A stretch of DNA of 64,000 bases from Vulcanimicrobiota bacterium (GCA_963723515.1 CAVRQT010000002.1:672001-736000); one strand, 5' to 3'. Shown: positions 16,558 through 27,190, counted from the stretch's first letter. Notes: a model not told the origin generated them from the letters alone. Made by a program: numbers and translations.

Positions 16558-19104
16558 TTGTCAACGGAGATTTTGATCTCCAGCGACCCGTGGGAAAACC
16601 GGGTGGCCATCCTTGAGGATGGCACGCTGAGCGAGATCTATGTCGAGCGCGAAGAGCGCGTCATCGGCTCCATCTACAAAGGAAAAGTTCAAAACGTTCT
16701 GCCCGGAATGGGCGCCAGTTTCATCGACATCGGCCTTGGACGCAATGCGTTCTTGTATGTCGATGATATCAACAAGACACCGCTCAATATCGGCGACGTC
16801 GAAATTACGCAAGGCCGCAGCGGATTCACGATCAGTGAAAAAGTTAATCGCGGCGACGACGTGCTCGTGCAAATCGTCAAGGAACCGCGCGGACTAAAAG
16901 GCGCCCGCGTCAGCACGAACATCTCGCTGCCGGGCCGCTACTTGATCTTGATGCCGACCGGAAAATACAGCGGCGTCTCGCGCAAGGTCGAGTCGGTCGA
17001 GGAGCGCAACCGGCTCAAAGCGATCATGAAGCGTATCCGCCCCGAAGGTATGGCGACGGTCGTGCGCACCGCTGCGGCCGGCGCAAGCGAAGCCGAGCTG
17101 ATCGCCGATTTGGGCGTCATGATCCGCATGTGGCACGGCATCCTAGAGAAATACAAGCGCGCCCCCGCGCCGAGCTTGCTGCACAAAGACATGAATCTCG
17201 TCTTCAAAGCGGCACGCGATTTTATCACGCCGGATGTCGATCGCGTCTTAATCGATGACGAAGAGGAGTACCGCAAGGTACGCGAGTTTTTGCAGCTGCT
17301 GGGTCCGCAGTATCTCGATCGCGTCGAACATTACAACTCCGGCCGTTCGCTCTTCACCGATTTCAAAGTTGACGAAGAACTCGAAAAGTTGATGCGCCCG
17401 AAGATCAACCTTCCGTCAGGCGCATCGATCGTAATCGAATCGACCGAAGCCCTGACCGTCATCGACGTCAATAGCGGCAAGTTCACCGGCGGTAGAAACT
17501 TGGAAGATACGATCGTAAAGACGAACGTCGAAGCGGCCGCTGAGATCGCTCGTCAAGTTCGCTTACGCGATATCGGCGGCATCATCGTCTGCGACTTCAT
17601 CGACATGAATTCGGAGAATTCACGCAGCAGGGTGATCGCGACGCTGGAAGACGGACTGCGCAAAGATCGTACGCGGGCGACGATCCAGTCGTTTTCAAAT
17701 TTGGGACTGCTCGAGTTCACCCGCAAGCGTATCGGCAGAGATCTGGGTTCGCAGCTGCGCGGCAGTTGCCCGACCTGCGCGGGACTCGGCAGCGTCTTAT
17801 CGTCGCAATCGGTTGCCATCGACACGTTTCGTAAGATTCGCGAGCAGTACGGCGGCAAGCCCAATGGCGCTTCGACAAGCTCAGCACAAGTTGGGCATCC
17901 GGTCGTCGTTGATGCTTTCCCAACCGTCGCCGCGCAGCTCGAATATTGGTACGGCGAAGAATGCAAAGATCTGACCGAGCAGATTCAGGCGCCGATTCAT
18001 GCGCGCGTCGACGCGCTGCTGCACCCGGAGCGCACGAAAATTCACACTCTTCCCAACGCGGCCGCGCTTTCGGCCGGTAAACTTCGCGTCGGCGATGAGC
18101 ACGAAGTTGACGTCTTGAACATGCGGCTGCCGAATGCCACTTCCGCGGTAACGGTGATCGATGGCCGGCTCGTCGAGATCGAAAACGGCTCCAACTACGG
18201 CGGGCAAACGATTCGCGTGCGCATCATCGATGTTGCCGACGACACGGCTCTTGCGGAGCCGATCGGAGTGACGGCCGCGAAGCGAAAACGGCGCCCGAAA
18301 CGCGCGGCTGCGCCGACGAAGACCGAACAGACCCGTCAGCTTCGCGAACTGGCCGAAGAAGCCGCAAAAGGCGCAAGCACGCGCGCCTCGATCGGAATCT
18401 CAACAGCCGTCGAAGCCGAAGTCGAAGAAGTCGAAGATAAGACGAGCGCGCCCGCGCCGGCTCTCGACGAGGTCGTTGTGACACCTTCGCGTCGCAGGCG
18501 TCGCCGCCGCAGACGCGGCGGACGCTCAGCCGACACGACGCCGCTCGGCATCTCGGAGGAGAGCGCCGAAGCCCAAGTCGTCGCGACGAAACCGGAGACG
18601 GCCGCGGCTTCCGACGAAGGCGAAGGCGTACGCCGTCGTCGCCGTCGGCGTCGCCGAGGACGAGGCGGCGAACGTCGCGTCGATCAAACAGATGCCGGGA
18701 GCGCGATGCCGGATCGTCACATCTTTCGAGTCGGCAGCGCCGGTGAAGCGGAAGCGACGGGACGAACTGCGCCCCGTGAACCGATCCGATCTCTCGCGCC
18801 GTGGAATCGTCGTCCGACACCGCCCGCCGTCGAAGCGCCTCCTCCATCGCTGAGGGTTCCCGAGGAGCCGGCAAAGGTGACCAAACCGGCGCGACGCCGG
18901 CGTGCGCGCCCAACTTCGGTCGCGCTTGGCGGAGAGCTGGAAGCCTCGACGATCGCGGCGCTAACTTCCGCCGAGTCCGTTCAAACAGATCAGAAGCCGA
19001 AGCGCGGCCGCAAAAAAGCGAGCGCCGCAACGGCCTCTCGGAAGAAAGCGATCGCGCCTAGAACGCGCCGCAAGAAAGCCGAAGCTTCGGGAACCTCAGA
19101 GTAA
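16558..19104 (+). CDS. rne: Ribonuclease E/G with TRAM-like domain and Arg-rich disordered tail
   Basis: S1 domain, KGARVST..SLPGRY, VIDVNSG, DIGGIIVCDFIDM, Zn-link CPTCAG. Confidence 0.93.
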   Translation: MSTEILISSDPWENRVAILEDGTLSEIYVEREERVIGSIYKGKVQNVLPGMGASFIDIGLGRNAFLYVDDINKTPLNIGDVEITQGRSGFTISEKVNRGDDVLVQIVKEPRGLKGARVSTNISLPGRYLILMPTGKYSGVSRKVESVEERNRLKAIMKRIRPEGMATVVRTAAAGASEAELIADLGVMIRMWHGILEKYKRAPAPSLLHKDMNLVFKAARDFITPDVDRVLIDDEEEYRKVREFLQLLGPQYLDRVEHYNSGRSLFTDFKVDEELEKLMRPKINLPSGASIVIESTEALTVIDVNSGKFTGGRNLEDTIVKTNVEAAAEIARQVRLRDIGGIIVCDFIDMNSENSRSRVIATLEDGLRKDRTRATIQSFSNLGLLEFTRKRIGRDLGSQLRGSCPTCAGLGSVLSSQSVAIDTFRKIREQYGGKPNGASTSSAQVGHPVVVDAFPTVAAQLEYWYGEECKDLTEQIQAPIHARVDALLHPERTKIHTLPNAAALSAGKLRVGDEHEVDVLNMRLPNATSAVTVIDGRLVEIENGSNYGGQTIRVRIIDVADDTALAEPIGVTAAKRKRRPKRAAAPTKTEQTRQLRELAEEAAKGASTRASIGISTAVEAEVEEVEDKTSAPAPALDEVVVTPSRRRRRRRRRGGRSADTTPLGISEESAEAQVVATKPETAAASDEGEGVRRRRRRRRRGRGGERRVDQTDAGSAMPDRHIFRVGSAGEAEATGRTAPREPIRSLAPWNRRPTPPAVEAPPPSLRVPEEPAKVTKPARRRRARPTSVALGGELEASTIAALTSAESVQTDQKPKRGRKKASAATASRKKAIAPRTRRKKAEASGTSE
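17869..17890 (+). repeat. REP-like unit inside the rne coding sequence
   Basis: CTTCGACAAGCTCAG identical to 14728-14742. Confidence 0.6.
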
Positions 19105-19106
19105 TT

Positions 19107-19145
19107 AAAAAGACGGCGACTCCAAAAGTCGCCGTCCCGTATTTA
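19107..19145. terminator. Intrinsic terminator after rne
   Basis: AAAAA-GACGGCGACT-CCAAA-AGTCGCCGTC hairpin. Confidence 0.7.
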
Positions 19146-19200
19146 TAGCCGGCCTTCCTGACAAATCTCGAGTGTCGTCACATTTTGAGCAGCACGGGAA

Positions 19201-20901
19201 TTGAAATATCGTATGCGAGCGCTCCTTATCACGCTCTTTCTAGGGGTTATCATCTGCAGTGGTGCAGCGTTCGAGAAAGCCGTTGCTCTTCCGCAACTTG
19301 ATGAAACCGGCACGTTGCCATGCTGTCCGAACCCCCGTCTCCTCGGACCAAGGACGAGAGACGGATACGGAAAGGATGCTACGTTTGACGAGCCGGCGGC
19401 GATCGCGTATGACCGCGATGACGATGCTTACTTCATCGTTGATGCAGCGTCGAATACGGTACGGAAGTATGACAAATCAGGCCGCGTAACAACGGTTGCC
19501 GGCGCCTGCGACCGCGAGTTGGTGATGGCGACATGCATCGGGCGTGAAGTCGATGGCATCGGCTCCATAGTCCGCTTCGACAGACCATCAATAATCGTCT
19601 ATAGCCCGCGTGAGCGAGCGTTCATCGTTTATGACAGCGGTAGCTCATCCTTACGCCTCGTGACGGCGAGTGGGCGCGTCAGCACGGTCGGCAAAGTGAC
19701 CGATATCAATGGCATCGCTGTGGATCCGGCGCGAGATCGGCTGTATGCGGCACGCGCTTCGGAAGTCGTGTCGCTTGAAATTGACGGCGGCTATGTGAGG
19801 GCGTTTCCGTTGTGGCATGCGCCGGTAGAGCAGAGCTCCGTTTATCATGCGCCTGTCCTTCATGTCAATGCGATTACCGTCGATCCGGTATCCGGCGATC
19901 TCTTTGTGGCGGTCCACACCAACGTCGTATATCGCTTGCATCTGCAAGAGACGTGGGAAGGCACTTTCGTCGCTGGAAATCCTAACAGCAGCGTTTTTTG
20001 GGCAGCTGCCGATGGCATTGGCCCGAGGGCAACGTTTCAGAGCTTAACATCCCTGGTTTACGATCCGGCCCTTCGGCTCGTATACGCTGATGACTTTAGA
20101 ACGTTACGTTCGATTGCAACGGATGGGACCGTGAAGTCGATTGCCGGCGGATGCGCCTTGAATGATCCACGATACCGCGGTGAATTCGCATGCGACTATC
20201 CGCCAAATGACGGCGTGGGAATGCGGGCACATTTCGCATTGCCGCTCAGGGGCTTGGCTATTGATAAGGACGATGGTATAGGTGTTCTTGACGGCTCGTA
20301 CTTACGGATCGTCGACGCAAATGGCCGAGTGCGCACCGTTGCCGGAAACCACCGGCGCCAGCGACATCATACTCCTCAGATGTGGAGTGGACATTACCTC
20401 GACCCATTGAGCGGCGAGACACTGGACGTGACCGTAAATGGAGACGATGAGACGGAGATTTCGGCGGACCGCTTCGGCCATATTTTTGACGTTAAGCGCG
20501 GTTTGCGGAGCGCGGCGTACAGCAACGCCGAGTTTTGGAACGCTCCGACATACGTTCGGCTAGGACCCCTGACAAAAGTGCGCACCTTCAGTAGGGCGAT
20601 TCAGTCGCTCAGATGCGGAGCGCTACGAGATTACGGCGCAAGAAATCCGTTCAAAAACGACGTTTCCACACGCAGTTCGTTGTTTTTATATTGGTACGAC
20701 GACGCACCGGGCTACTTCGGCGCTCTAGGCCATCCTCAATTGCCGAATTATTTTGAAGGCATGCGATGTGCACTCGTTTCAGTAAAAGACGTACGCGGCA
20801 AAGTCGTTTACCAAGATTACGAAAGCCGAGCGATCAGGCATAGCGTCCCAGATGGCCTCATTGAATCCCCCGACGAGCGAGCAATCTACAACGCCCCATG
20901 A
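19201..20901 (+). CDS. Secreted NHL-repeat / beta-propeller protein
   Basis: Signal peptide; four DG.G..A.F..P..I..D repeats with 'G.V.TVAG' ends; unassigned C-terminal region. Confidence 0.75.
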   Translation: MKYRMRALLITLFLGVIICSGAAFEKAVALPQLDETGTLPCCPNPRLLGPRTRDGYGKDATFDEPAAIAYDRDDDAYFIVDAASNTVRKYDKSGRVTTVAGACDRELVMATCIGREVDGIGSIVRFDRPSIIVYSPRERAFIVYDSGSSSLRLVTASGRVSTVGKVTDINGIAVDPARDRLYAARASEVVSLEIDGGYVRAFPLWHAPVEQSSVYHAPVLHVNAITVDPVSGDLFVAVHTNVVYRLHLQETWEGTFVAGNPNSSVFWAAADGIGPRATFQSLTSLVYDPALRLVYADDFRTLRSIATDGTVKSIAGGCALNDPRYRGEFACDYPPNDGVGMRAHFALPLRGLAIDKDDGIGVLDGSYLRIVDANGRVRTVAGNHRRQRHHTPQMWSGHYLDPLSGETLDVTVNGDDETEISADRFGHIFDVKRGLRSAAYSNAEFWNAPTYVRLGPLTKVRTFSRAIQSLRCGALRDYGARNPFKNDVSTRSSLFLYWYDDAPGYFGALGHPQLPNYFEGMRCALVSVKDVRGKVVYQDYESRAIRHSVPDGLIESPDERAIYNAP

Positions 20902-20905
20902 AGAT

Positions 20906-20938
20906 AAAAAAAGAAAGCCGCCAAGGGCGGCTTTCTGG
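20906..20938 (-). terminator. Intrinsic terminator between convergent genes
   Basis: A-run then AGAAAGCCGCC-AAG-GGCGGCTTTCT. Confidence 0.8.
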
Positions 20939-20955
20939 CAATTTCGCGCTTTGGA

Positions 20956-22323
20956 TTATTGCGGTGCCGATGAAGCGCCGCCGTTCATGCGCGCAATCTT
21001 GTTCTGCAGGAAGCCGACCGCCGCTTGCAGCTGCGTATCGCGCGTAAGATCGCCGTAACGCGGGGTCTTGTTCTCTTCGGTTGTGATGTCCGGCTGAATG
21101 CCGACGCTGTTGATGTCGCGGTTACGAGGCGTCAGATATCGCGCCGTCGTTATCTTGACCGCGGAACCGTCAGGCAACGGATAGATCGTCTGCACGACGC
21201 CTTTGCCGAAGGTCTTCGTGCCGATCAACGTGCCGACGCCGCTGTCTTGAATCGCGCCGGAGGTGATCTCTGATGCGGAAGCGGTGTGACCGTTCACCAA
21301 GACCGCGAGCGGCATCGGCGGAATCGCCGTGTTTTCCGCCTCGAGCGTATCGATCTGCGATTGACGCGACTCGACCGAGACGATCGGGCCACTGGGAATG
21401 AACTTCGAGCTGACGTCGATCGCGGCGCTCAAATAGCCGCCGCCATTATCACGCAGGTCGAGCACGAATGCGCGCGCCCCTTGCGCCTGCAAACGATCGA
21501 GCGCCGTGCTTAACTCTTTTCCGGTGTCGCGCCCGAAGACGGTGAGCCCGACGTAGCCGATCTTATTGGGAAGCATCTTTGCGTAGACGCTCAGCTGGCG
21601 GATCGGAGCGCGAACGATCGTGACCGGCGAAATCATGCGGCCCTCGCGCTGAATCTGCAGCGTCACGCGCGTGCCTTCGGTGCCTCGCAACAGCTTCGAT
21701 GCTTGCTGAATCGTCAAACTGTAGGTCGACTTCCCGTCGATCGTCGAGATGACATCGTCTTGTTGCAAGCCGGCACGATCCGCAGGACCATCCGGAACGA
21801 CGCTACTGACCGTGATCATCTTCGTCGTGTCGTTGCTTTCGATCACGATGCCCGTGCCGGAGAACGTCGTGCCGTCGAGCCCTTCGTTGAGGGCCGCGTA
21901 TTCGCGAGGCGAAAGGAAGACGGTGTAGCGGTCTTTGACGGCGCCAAGCATGCCGGCAATCGTGGCGTACGTGAGATCGCGTGGCGTAAACTTCGCGCTC
22001 TGATATTCGCTCGCGACGGCTTCAACTTCACGATCCAGCTCGCGAATGTTTGCGGCTGCGTCATCAGAGGAATGAAGCGCCGGGATCTTGGCGTTCGGTA
22101 CACCGTTGTGCTTGAGGTAGGCGACCAAATTGTCGTGGGCACTGGTCAGCACCGCGTCGGTGTTGACTTTCTTATAGAACTCACCGAGCAGCCGCTGGTA
22201 GGCGATCGAGATCTCCTCAGCGTCGAGCAAACCGAAGGAGTGCTGCGTTGGTGTTGCAGCAGGCACTCGCGCCGTCGAAAGCGCCAGGAGTAGGATGAAT
22301 GCGAGGGATGCAAATCGTTTCAT
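20956..22323 (-). CDS. ctpA: S41 C-terminal processing protease (PDZ)
   Basis: LDLRDNGGG, TASASEI, TFGKGVVQ. Confidence 0.93.
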   Translation of the reverse strand: MKRFASLAFILLLALSTARVPAATPTQHSFGLLDAEEISIAYQRLLGEFYKKVNTDAVLTSAHDNLVAYLKHNGVPNAKIPALHSSDDAAANIRELDREVEAVASEYQSAKFTPRDLTYATIAGMLGAVKDRYTVFLSPREYAALNEGLDGTTFSGTGIVIESNDTTKMITVSSVVPDGPADRAGLQQDDVISTIDGKSTYSLTIQQASKLLRGTEGTRVTLQIQREGRMISPVTIVRAPIRQLSVYAKMLPNKIGYVGLTVFGRDTGKELSTALDRLQAQGARAFVLDLRDNGGGYLSAAIDVSSKFIPSGPIVSVESRQSQIDTLEAENTAIPPMPLAVLVNGHTASASEITSGAIQDSGVGTLIGTKTFGKGVVQTIYPLPDGSAVKITTARYLTPRNRDINSVGIQPDITTEENKTPRYGDLTRDTQLQAAVGFLQNKIARMNGGASSAPQ

Positions 22324-22326
22324 GAA

Positions 22327-23739
22327 TTACCTTGTCGTTTGTTTTTCGAGATACGCCTTAGCGGCGGCGAGCTGCCGGTCGTTCTTTGTATCAATCAGCG
22401 ATGGATCGGGGTTCTGCGTGACGACGACGTCGGGGTTGATGCCCTTATGCTGAATGTCGCGGCCCAGCGGCGTTAGGTATCGAGCGGTCGTAATTTTCAG
22501 AGCTCCGTTATCCGGTAGTGGATAGATACTCTGAACAACGCCTTTTCCAAAGGTCTTTGTTCCCACGAGCTTTGCCAGGCCGTAGTCTTGCAGCGCGCCG
22601 GCGGTGATTTCCGAAGCGCTTGCCGTGTACTTATTGACCAAGATCACGAGCGGTGAAAGTCCCGGCATGCTCGTCCCTAGAGCCGGCTGATCGTCGCGGT
22701 GGCCCTGGCGATTGATTGTCGAGACGATCGTTCCGGCAGGCACGAAATAGCTTGAAATGCGGACCGCTGCTTCCAGCAGGCCGCCGCCGTTATCACGCAG
22801 GTCCAATATGTAGCCGCGCGAGTGATGCGCTCTGCCGTCCGAGAGGGCGCGACGCATCTCATCGGCTGAGGTTTGACCGAAGTCGAGCAGACGAACGTAC
22901 TGGAAGCCGTCTTCCTGTTTGGCCTTGACGGTCGGGACGTGGATGATCTCGCGCACGATCCGGTACGTGTGCATCGAGACCTTCTTATAAGGATGAACTA
23001 GGATCGTCACAACCGTGCCCGCGTCGCCGCGAATCATCTGTTCGACCATATCGAGTTTGAGGCCATGCGTTTGGTGTCCATCCACCTGAATGACCTCGTC
23101 GCCGGGCTTCATGCCCGCGCGCGCTGCAGGCAGCGTCTCGATGGGGTCGACCAAGATGCTGCCGTTCTTCGGATCTTGCACGATGTAGACACCGATGCCG
23201 CCGAAGTTGCCTCCCGCGAGCGACTCGTTGAGGCCTTGCATCTCGCGCGGCGTCAGATAGACGGTGTACGGATCGCGCAGCGCGTTGGTCATGCCGCTAA
23301 TCGCGGCTTGGGTCAGCTCGGCCTCGCTCGCCGCGCCGCCATAATGGCTTTCCGCGTAGGCGAGCTGACGATCCGCCAGCGTCCGGTCTTGCGTGAAATC
23401 GCCGCTCGCTCGTTGGCTGGGCAGGACGGCGTTGTTGAGGTGCTTGTCGTGGCGAAGTGCGGAAAGCAATCCTGAGCGCTCTCCGTCTAAGAGGCGTTGC
23501 GCATCGACGGGCTTATAAAACTTCTCGACAACGCTGCGAAAGGCGAAATCGAGCGCTTGCTGCTCGCCGTTGCCGGCGAAGAGCGAGCGAAGGTCGCTGA
23601 TGCTGGCAACGTCGGTCGTGCGCATTGCGCCCAGTTGTGCGACGCTCAGGCCACTGCGATAGCCAAGGTAGAGCGCGCCGGCAAAGGCGACGATAACCAC
23701 GACGAGCGCCGCAGCGAGCGCACGAATCTTAGGCGACAT
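22327..23739 (-). CDS. ctpA: S41 C-terminal processing protease (PDZ), second copy
   Basis: DPYT, GGIG, LDLRDNGGG, TASASEI, TFGKG; AGAGGA RBS before ATG 23739. Confidence 0.93.
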   Translation of the reverse strand: MSPKIRALAAALVVVIVAFAGALYLGYRSGLSVAQLGAMRTTDVASISDLRSLFAGNGEQQALDFAFRSVVEKFYKPVDAQRLLDGERSGLLSALRHDKHLNNAVLPSQRASGDFTQDRTLADRQLAYAESHYGGAASEAELTQAAISGMTNALRDPYTVYLTPREMQGLNESLAGGNFGGIGVYIVQDPKNGSILVDPIETLPAARAGMKPGDEVIQVDGHQTHGLKLDMVEQMIRGDAGTVVTILVHPYKKVSMHTYRIVREIIHVPTVKAKQEDGFQYVRLLDFGQTSADEMRRALSDGRAHHSRGYILDLRDNGGGLLEAAVRISSYFVPAGTIVSTINRQGHRDDQPALGTSMPGLSPLVILVNKYTASASEITAGALQDYGLAKLVGTKTFGKGVVQSIYPLPDNGALKITTARYLTPLGRDIQHKGINPDVVVTQNPDPSLIDTKNDRQLAAAKAYLEKQTTR

Positions 23740-23789
23740 TTTCCTCTTATATACCAACGTTTAAACGGCAGGGTTGCCGCGGTCCGAAC

Positions 23790-23814
23790 AGCCTGCACTG
23801 AGCTGGTCGAAGTG
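23790..23814 (-). repeat. Solo REP-like unit
   Basis: AGCCTGCACTGAGCTGGTCGAAGTG is the reverse complement of 14726-14750 with one mismatch. Confidence 0.75.
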
Positions 23815-23852
23815 TACGGGTCGAAACTTAAGGGGACCTGGGGCCTAAAGCC

Positions 23853-24735
23853 CTAGACTCGCAAGTACCTGCCGACGGACAGCCACGAGGCCACGGCGCC
23901 GACGGCGCTGCCCGCGATCACCAGCTCGAGCGCCAACTGCAGCATGTCGACCGATGCGGCGCCGAACCGCACGAAAGGCAACGCGGCGAAGAGCTTCGGC
24001 ATCAGCTCTATCCGCGCGACCGCAAGCAACCCAAGCGCGACGATTGCCCCTAAGAGGCCGTCCAAGAATCCTTCGCAGATGAAGGGTAAGCGAATGTAGG
24101 CGTTTGTTGCGCCGACGAGCTGCATGATGCCTATCTCGCGCCGCCTGGCAAAAACGGTCAGGCGGATCGTGTTCGAAATGATGATCGAGGCGATCAGGAT
24201 GAAGACGGCGATGATCGCAATGCCGATCTTGCCGAGGACCGAGCTCAGCTGCAGCAGTCTTGCTACGACGTCTTGCGCCGTAGTTGAGCGTACTGACGCC
24301 GGGCATTTTGGCGATGTGTGCGGCCACGGAGGCGACCTCTTCCGGCGTTCGCACGCGAACGCGCAGCTTATCCGGCAACGGATTCTGCGCGAGCAGCGAC
24401 GTGTCGACTTGGCCGCCCATCCTCCGGCGCAGCTCCTTAAGGCCCTGCTTCTTTGGAACGAGCTGTACCGAGCGCACGCGATGGTCTTCTGCGATCGCGG
24501 TGCGCAGCGCGGCCGTTTGCGCCGGCGTTAGGTTTTCGTTTAAGTAGACGGAAATCTCGATCTGGCTGAAGACCTCGGTGCTTAAATGCATCAGTAAGCC
24601 GCGCGCGTACAAGAATGCACCGAGCAAGATGATCGTTACGGTCACCGTCCCAATTGCGGTCGCCTGCATGCCGGCATTGCGGGTGAAGTTCCGCCAAACT
24701 TCACCCAGAAAGAACTTGAGTTTGCCCCAGTCCAA
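23853..24735 (-). CDS. ftsX: Cell division permease FtsX, frameshift near 24278
   Basis: EISVYL, NPLPD; after the shift ISNTIRLTVFARRREIGIMQLVGAT..YIRLPF..EG. Confidence 0.9.
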
Positions 24736-25411
24736 GGAAGTAATATCCCCGTTCTTCGTCGGTGACGATTCGGCCGTCGTCTAGCCGAACGACTCGACGA
24801 CGCATGCGATCGACGACCGCTTGATTATGTGTGGCAACGACCACCGTCGTGCCTTTGAGATTGATGCGCAGCAAGAGTTCCATGATTTCGGTCGTGTTCG
24901 TCGGGTCGAGATTGCCGCTCGGCTCATCGCAAAGCAATAACTTCGGGTTGTTGACGAGCGCGCGCGCAATGGCGGTTCGTTGTTGCTCTCCGCCTGAGAG
25001 TTCGTTGGGATACATGCGGCTCTTATGCGAAAGTCCAACGAGATCGAGCACCCGCGGCACCTGACGCATGACGTCTTTGGTGTGCGCGCCGGTCACTTGC
25101 AACGCAAACGCGACATTTTCCCAAACCGTCTTGTCGTTGAGCAATTTAAAATCTTGAAAGACGACACCGAGGTGACGGCGTAGTGCCGGTACGCGCGACC
25201 TGCGCAAACGATCGACGCGGATACCGTCGACGACGACGGTGCCGGCCGTGGGCTTAACCTCGCGGTAGAGCAGCCGCAAGACACTCGACTTTCCCGTTCC
25301 CGAATGTCCAACCAAGAAGACGAAGCTGCCCTTTTCGATTTCGAGGTCGATGTGGTCGAGTGCGCGCACGCCGTTTGGATAAACGAGCGTGACGCCGCGC
25401 AGGGAAATCAT
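24701..25411 (-). CDS. ftsE: Cell division ATP-binding protein FtsE
   Basis: GHSGTGKS, GVVFQDFKLL, LSGGEQQR, DEPSGNLD. Confidence 0.95.
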   Translation of the reverse strand: MISLRGVTLVYPNGVRALDHIDLEIEKGSFVFLVGHSGTGKSSVLRLLYREVKPTAGTVVVDGIRVDRLRRSRVPALRRHLGVVFQDFKLLNDKTVWENVAFALQVTGAHTKDVMRQVPRVLDLVGLSHKSRMYPNELSGGEQQRTAIARALVNNPKLLLCDEPSGNLDPTNTTEIMELLLRINLKGTTVVVATHNQAVVDRMRRRVVRLDDGRIVTDEERGYYFLGLGQTQVLSG

Positions 25412-25459
25412 CGTTTGCGAGAGGGTTTTTCAAAGCATGCGGGCGGATACCTCCGAGCC

Positions 25460-26606
25460 GTGGACTTCGATTTAAGCGACGAGCAAAAGGCGATTCAACA
25501 GCTTTGCCGCGATTTCGCGCGCGAAGAAGTTGCGCCCCGAGCGGAAGCGATGGATCGCGACGAGTCGTTTCCATACGACTTAGTTGAAAAAATGGCGGGC
25601 CTCGGTCTGATGGGACTGCCCTTCCCCGAAGAGTACGGTGGCGCGGGTGCAGACACGGTGAGTTATGCGCTCGCGGTGATGGAAATCGCGCGCGCCGACG
25701 CGTCGACGGCGATCACGCTTGCGGCCCATGTCTCCTTAGGTGCCTCACCCTTCTTGTTTTTCGGCACCGAGGCACAAAAGCAGAAGTATCTTGTCCCGCT
25801 GGCGCAAGGCAAGATGCTTTGGGGATTCGGCTTGACGGAACCGAACGCCGGCAGCGACGCCGGCGGAGCGCAAACTCACGCCGAGCTGCGCGACGGCAAG
25901 TGGGTCATTAACGGCACGAAGGCCTTCATCACCAACAGCGGCACGGACATCAGCGGGGGCACGACGATTACGGCGGTCACTGGCCGCCGCGACGGCAAGG
26001 CCGAGATCACGAACCTGATCGTGCCGCAAGAGACGCCGGGCTTCACGCGGAGCAAGAAATATAAGAAGATGGGCTGGCGCGCATCGGACACGCGCGAGCT
26101 GTCTTTCGCTGATGCCGAGGTTCCCGAAGAGAATGTGCTCGGCAAAGCGAGGCGAGGGCCTCAAGAACTTCTTGATCACCTTAGATGGTGGACGCATCTC
26201 CGTGGCCGCGCTTTCGGTTGGCCTGGCGATGGGCGCCTACGACGAATCGTTCAAATATGCGCAGGAGCGCCGGCAGTTCGGCAAACCGATTTCAAAGTTT
26301 CAGGCGATCCAATTCAAGCTTGCCGACATGCTTACTGAAATCGAGCATGCGAAGCTGATGGTGCTCAAGGCAGCGTGGGAAAAAGATCAGGGTCGCGACT
26401 TCGCGCTCTCCGCAAGTCTCAGCAAACTCTATTCAGGCGAAGTTTCGCGACGGGTTGTCAATGAAGCCGTGCAGATCCATGGGGGCTACGGCTTCATGGA
26501 AGAGTATCCAGTGTCGCGGATGTATCGCGATCAGAAGATCAATGAGATTGGCGAAGGCACAAATGAAGTTCAGCGGCTTGTGATCGCGCGATTAATGGGT
26601 CTATAG
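25460..26606 (+). CDS. Acyl-CoA dehydrogenase, frameshift near 26145
   Basis: FGLTEPNAGSDA, INGTKAFITN, RRQFGKPI, QIHGGYG, IGEGTNEVQR; one extra A in GGCAAAG. Confidence 0.92.
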
Positions 26607-26631
26607 GAGGTTTTGCTTGAAGGTGTTTGCG

Positions 26632-27162
26632 ATGCGTTATTTCGTGGCGGCGATCGTCGCGGCTGCACTTTGTACGGTGCCGGCGTTTGCAAGTCTCAAA
26701 GCCGGCGATGCGGCGCCAAATTTTACACTCCCAGCGTCAATTGGCGGAAAGGTCTTTACATTTGACCTCGGCTCCGCGCTCAAGAAAGGCCCAGTCGTGC
26801 TTTACTTCTATCCGGCGGCGTTTACCAAGGGCTGTACGATCGAAGCGCACGACTTTGCCGACGCGATCGACCAATACCGAGCGCTCGGTGCGACGGTGAT
26901 CGGCGTTTCGCACGACACGATCGATACGCTGAACAAATTTTCGGTGAGCGAGTGCCGGAGCAAGTTTCCGGTGGCGGCAGATCCCGATCTGCACATCGCC
27001 AGCGCGTACGATGCGATTCTGAAAGCCGATCCAAAATATGCCGATCGCACCTCATATGTCATCGCGCCAGACGGCAAGATCGTGTATGCCTACTCGTCGC
27101 TCAACCCGGACAAACATGTCGCGAACACGCTTGATGCGCTAAAGAAACTCGAAGGCAAATAA
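26632..27162 (+). CDS. Secreted peroxiredoxin (BCP/PrxQ-like)
   Basis: Signal peptide; LYFYPAAFTKGCTIEA. Confidence 0.9.
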   Translation: MRYFVAAIVAAALCTVPAFASLKAGDAAPNFTLPASIGGKVFTFDLGSALKKGPVVLYFYPAAFTKGCTIEAHDFADAIDQYRALGATVIGVSHDTIDTLNKFSVSECRSKFPVAADPDLHIASAYDAILKADPKYADRTSYVIAPDGKIVYAYSSLNPDKHVANTLDALKKLEGK

Positions 27163-27190
27163 CTCAGCGCCGCCAACGGATTGACAATCC

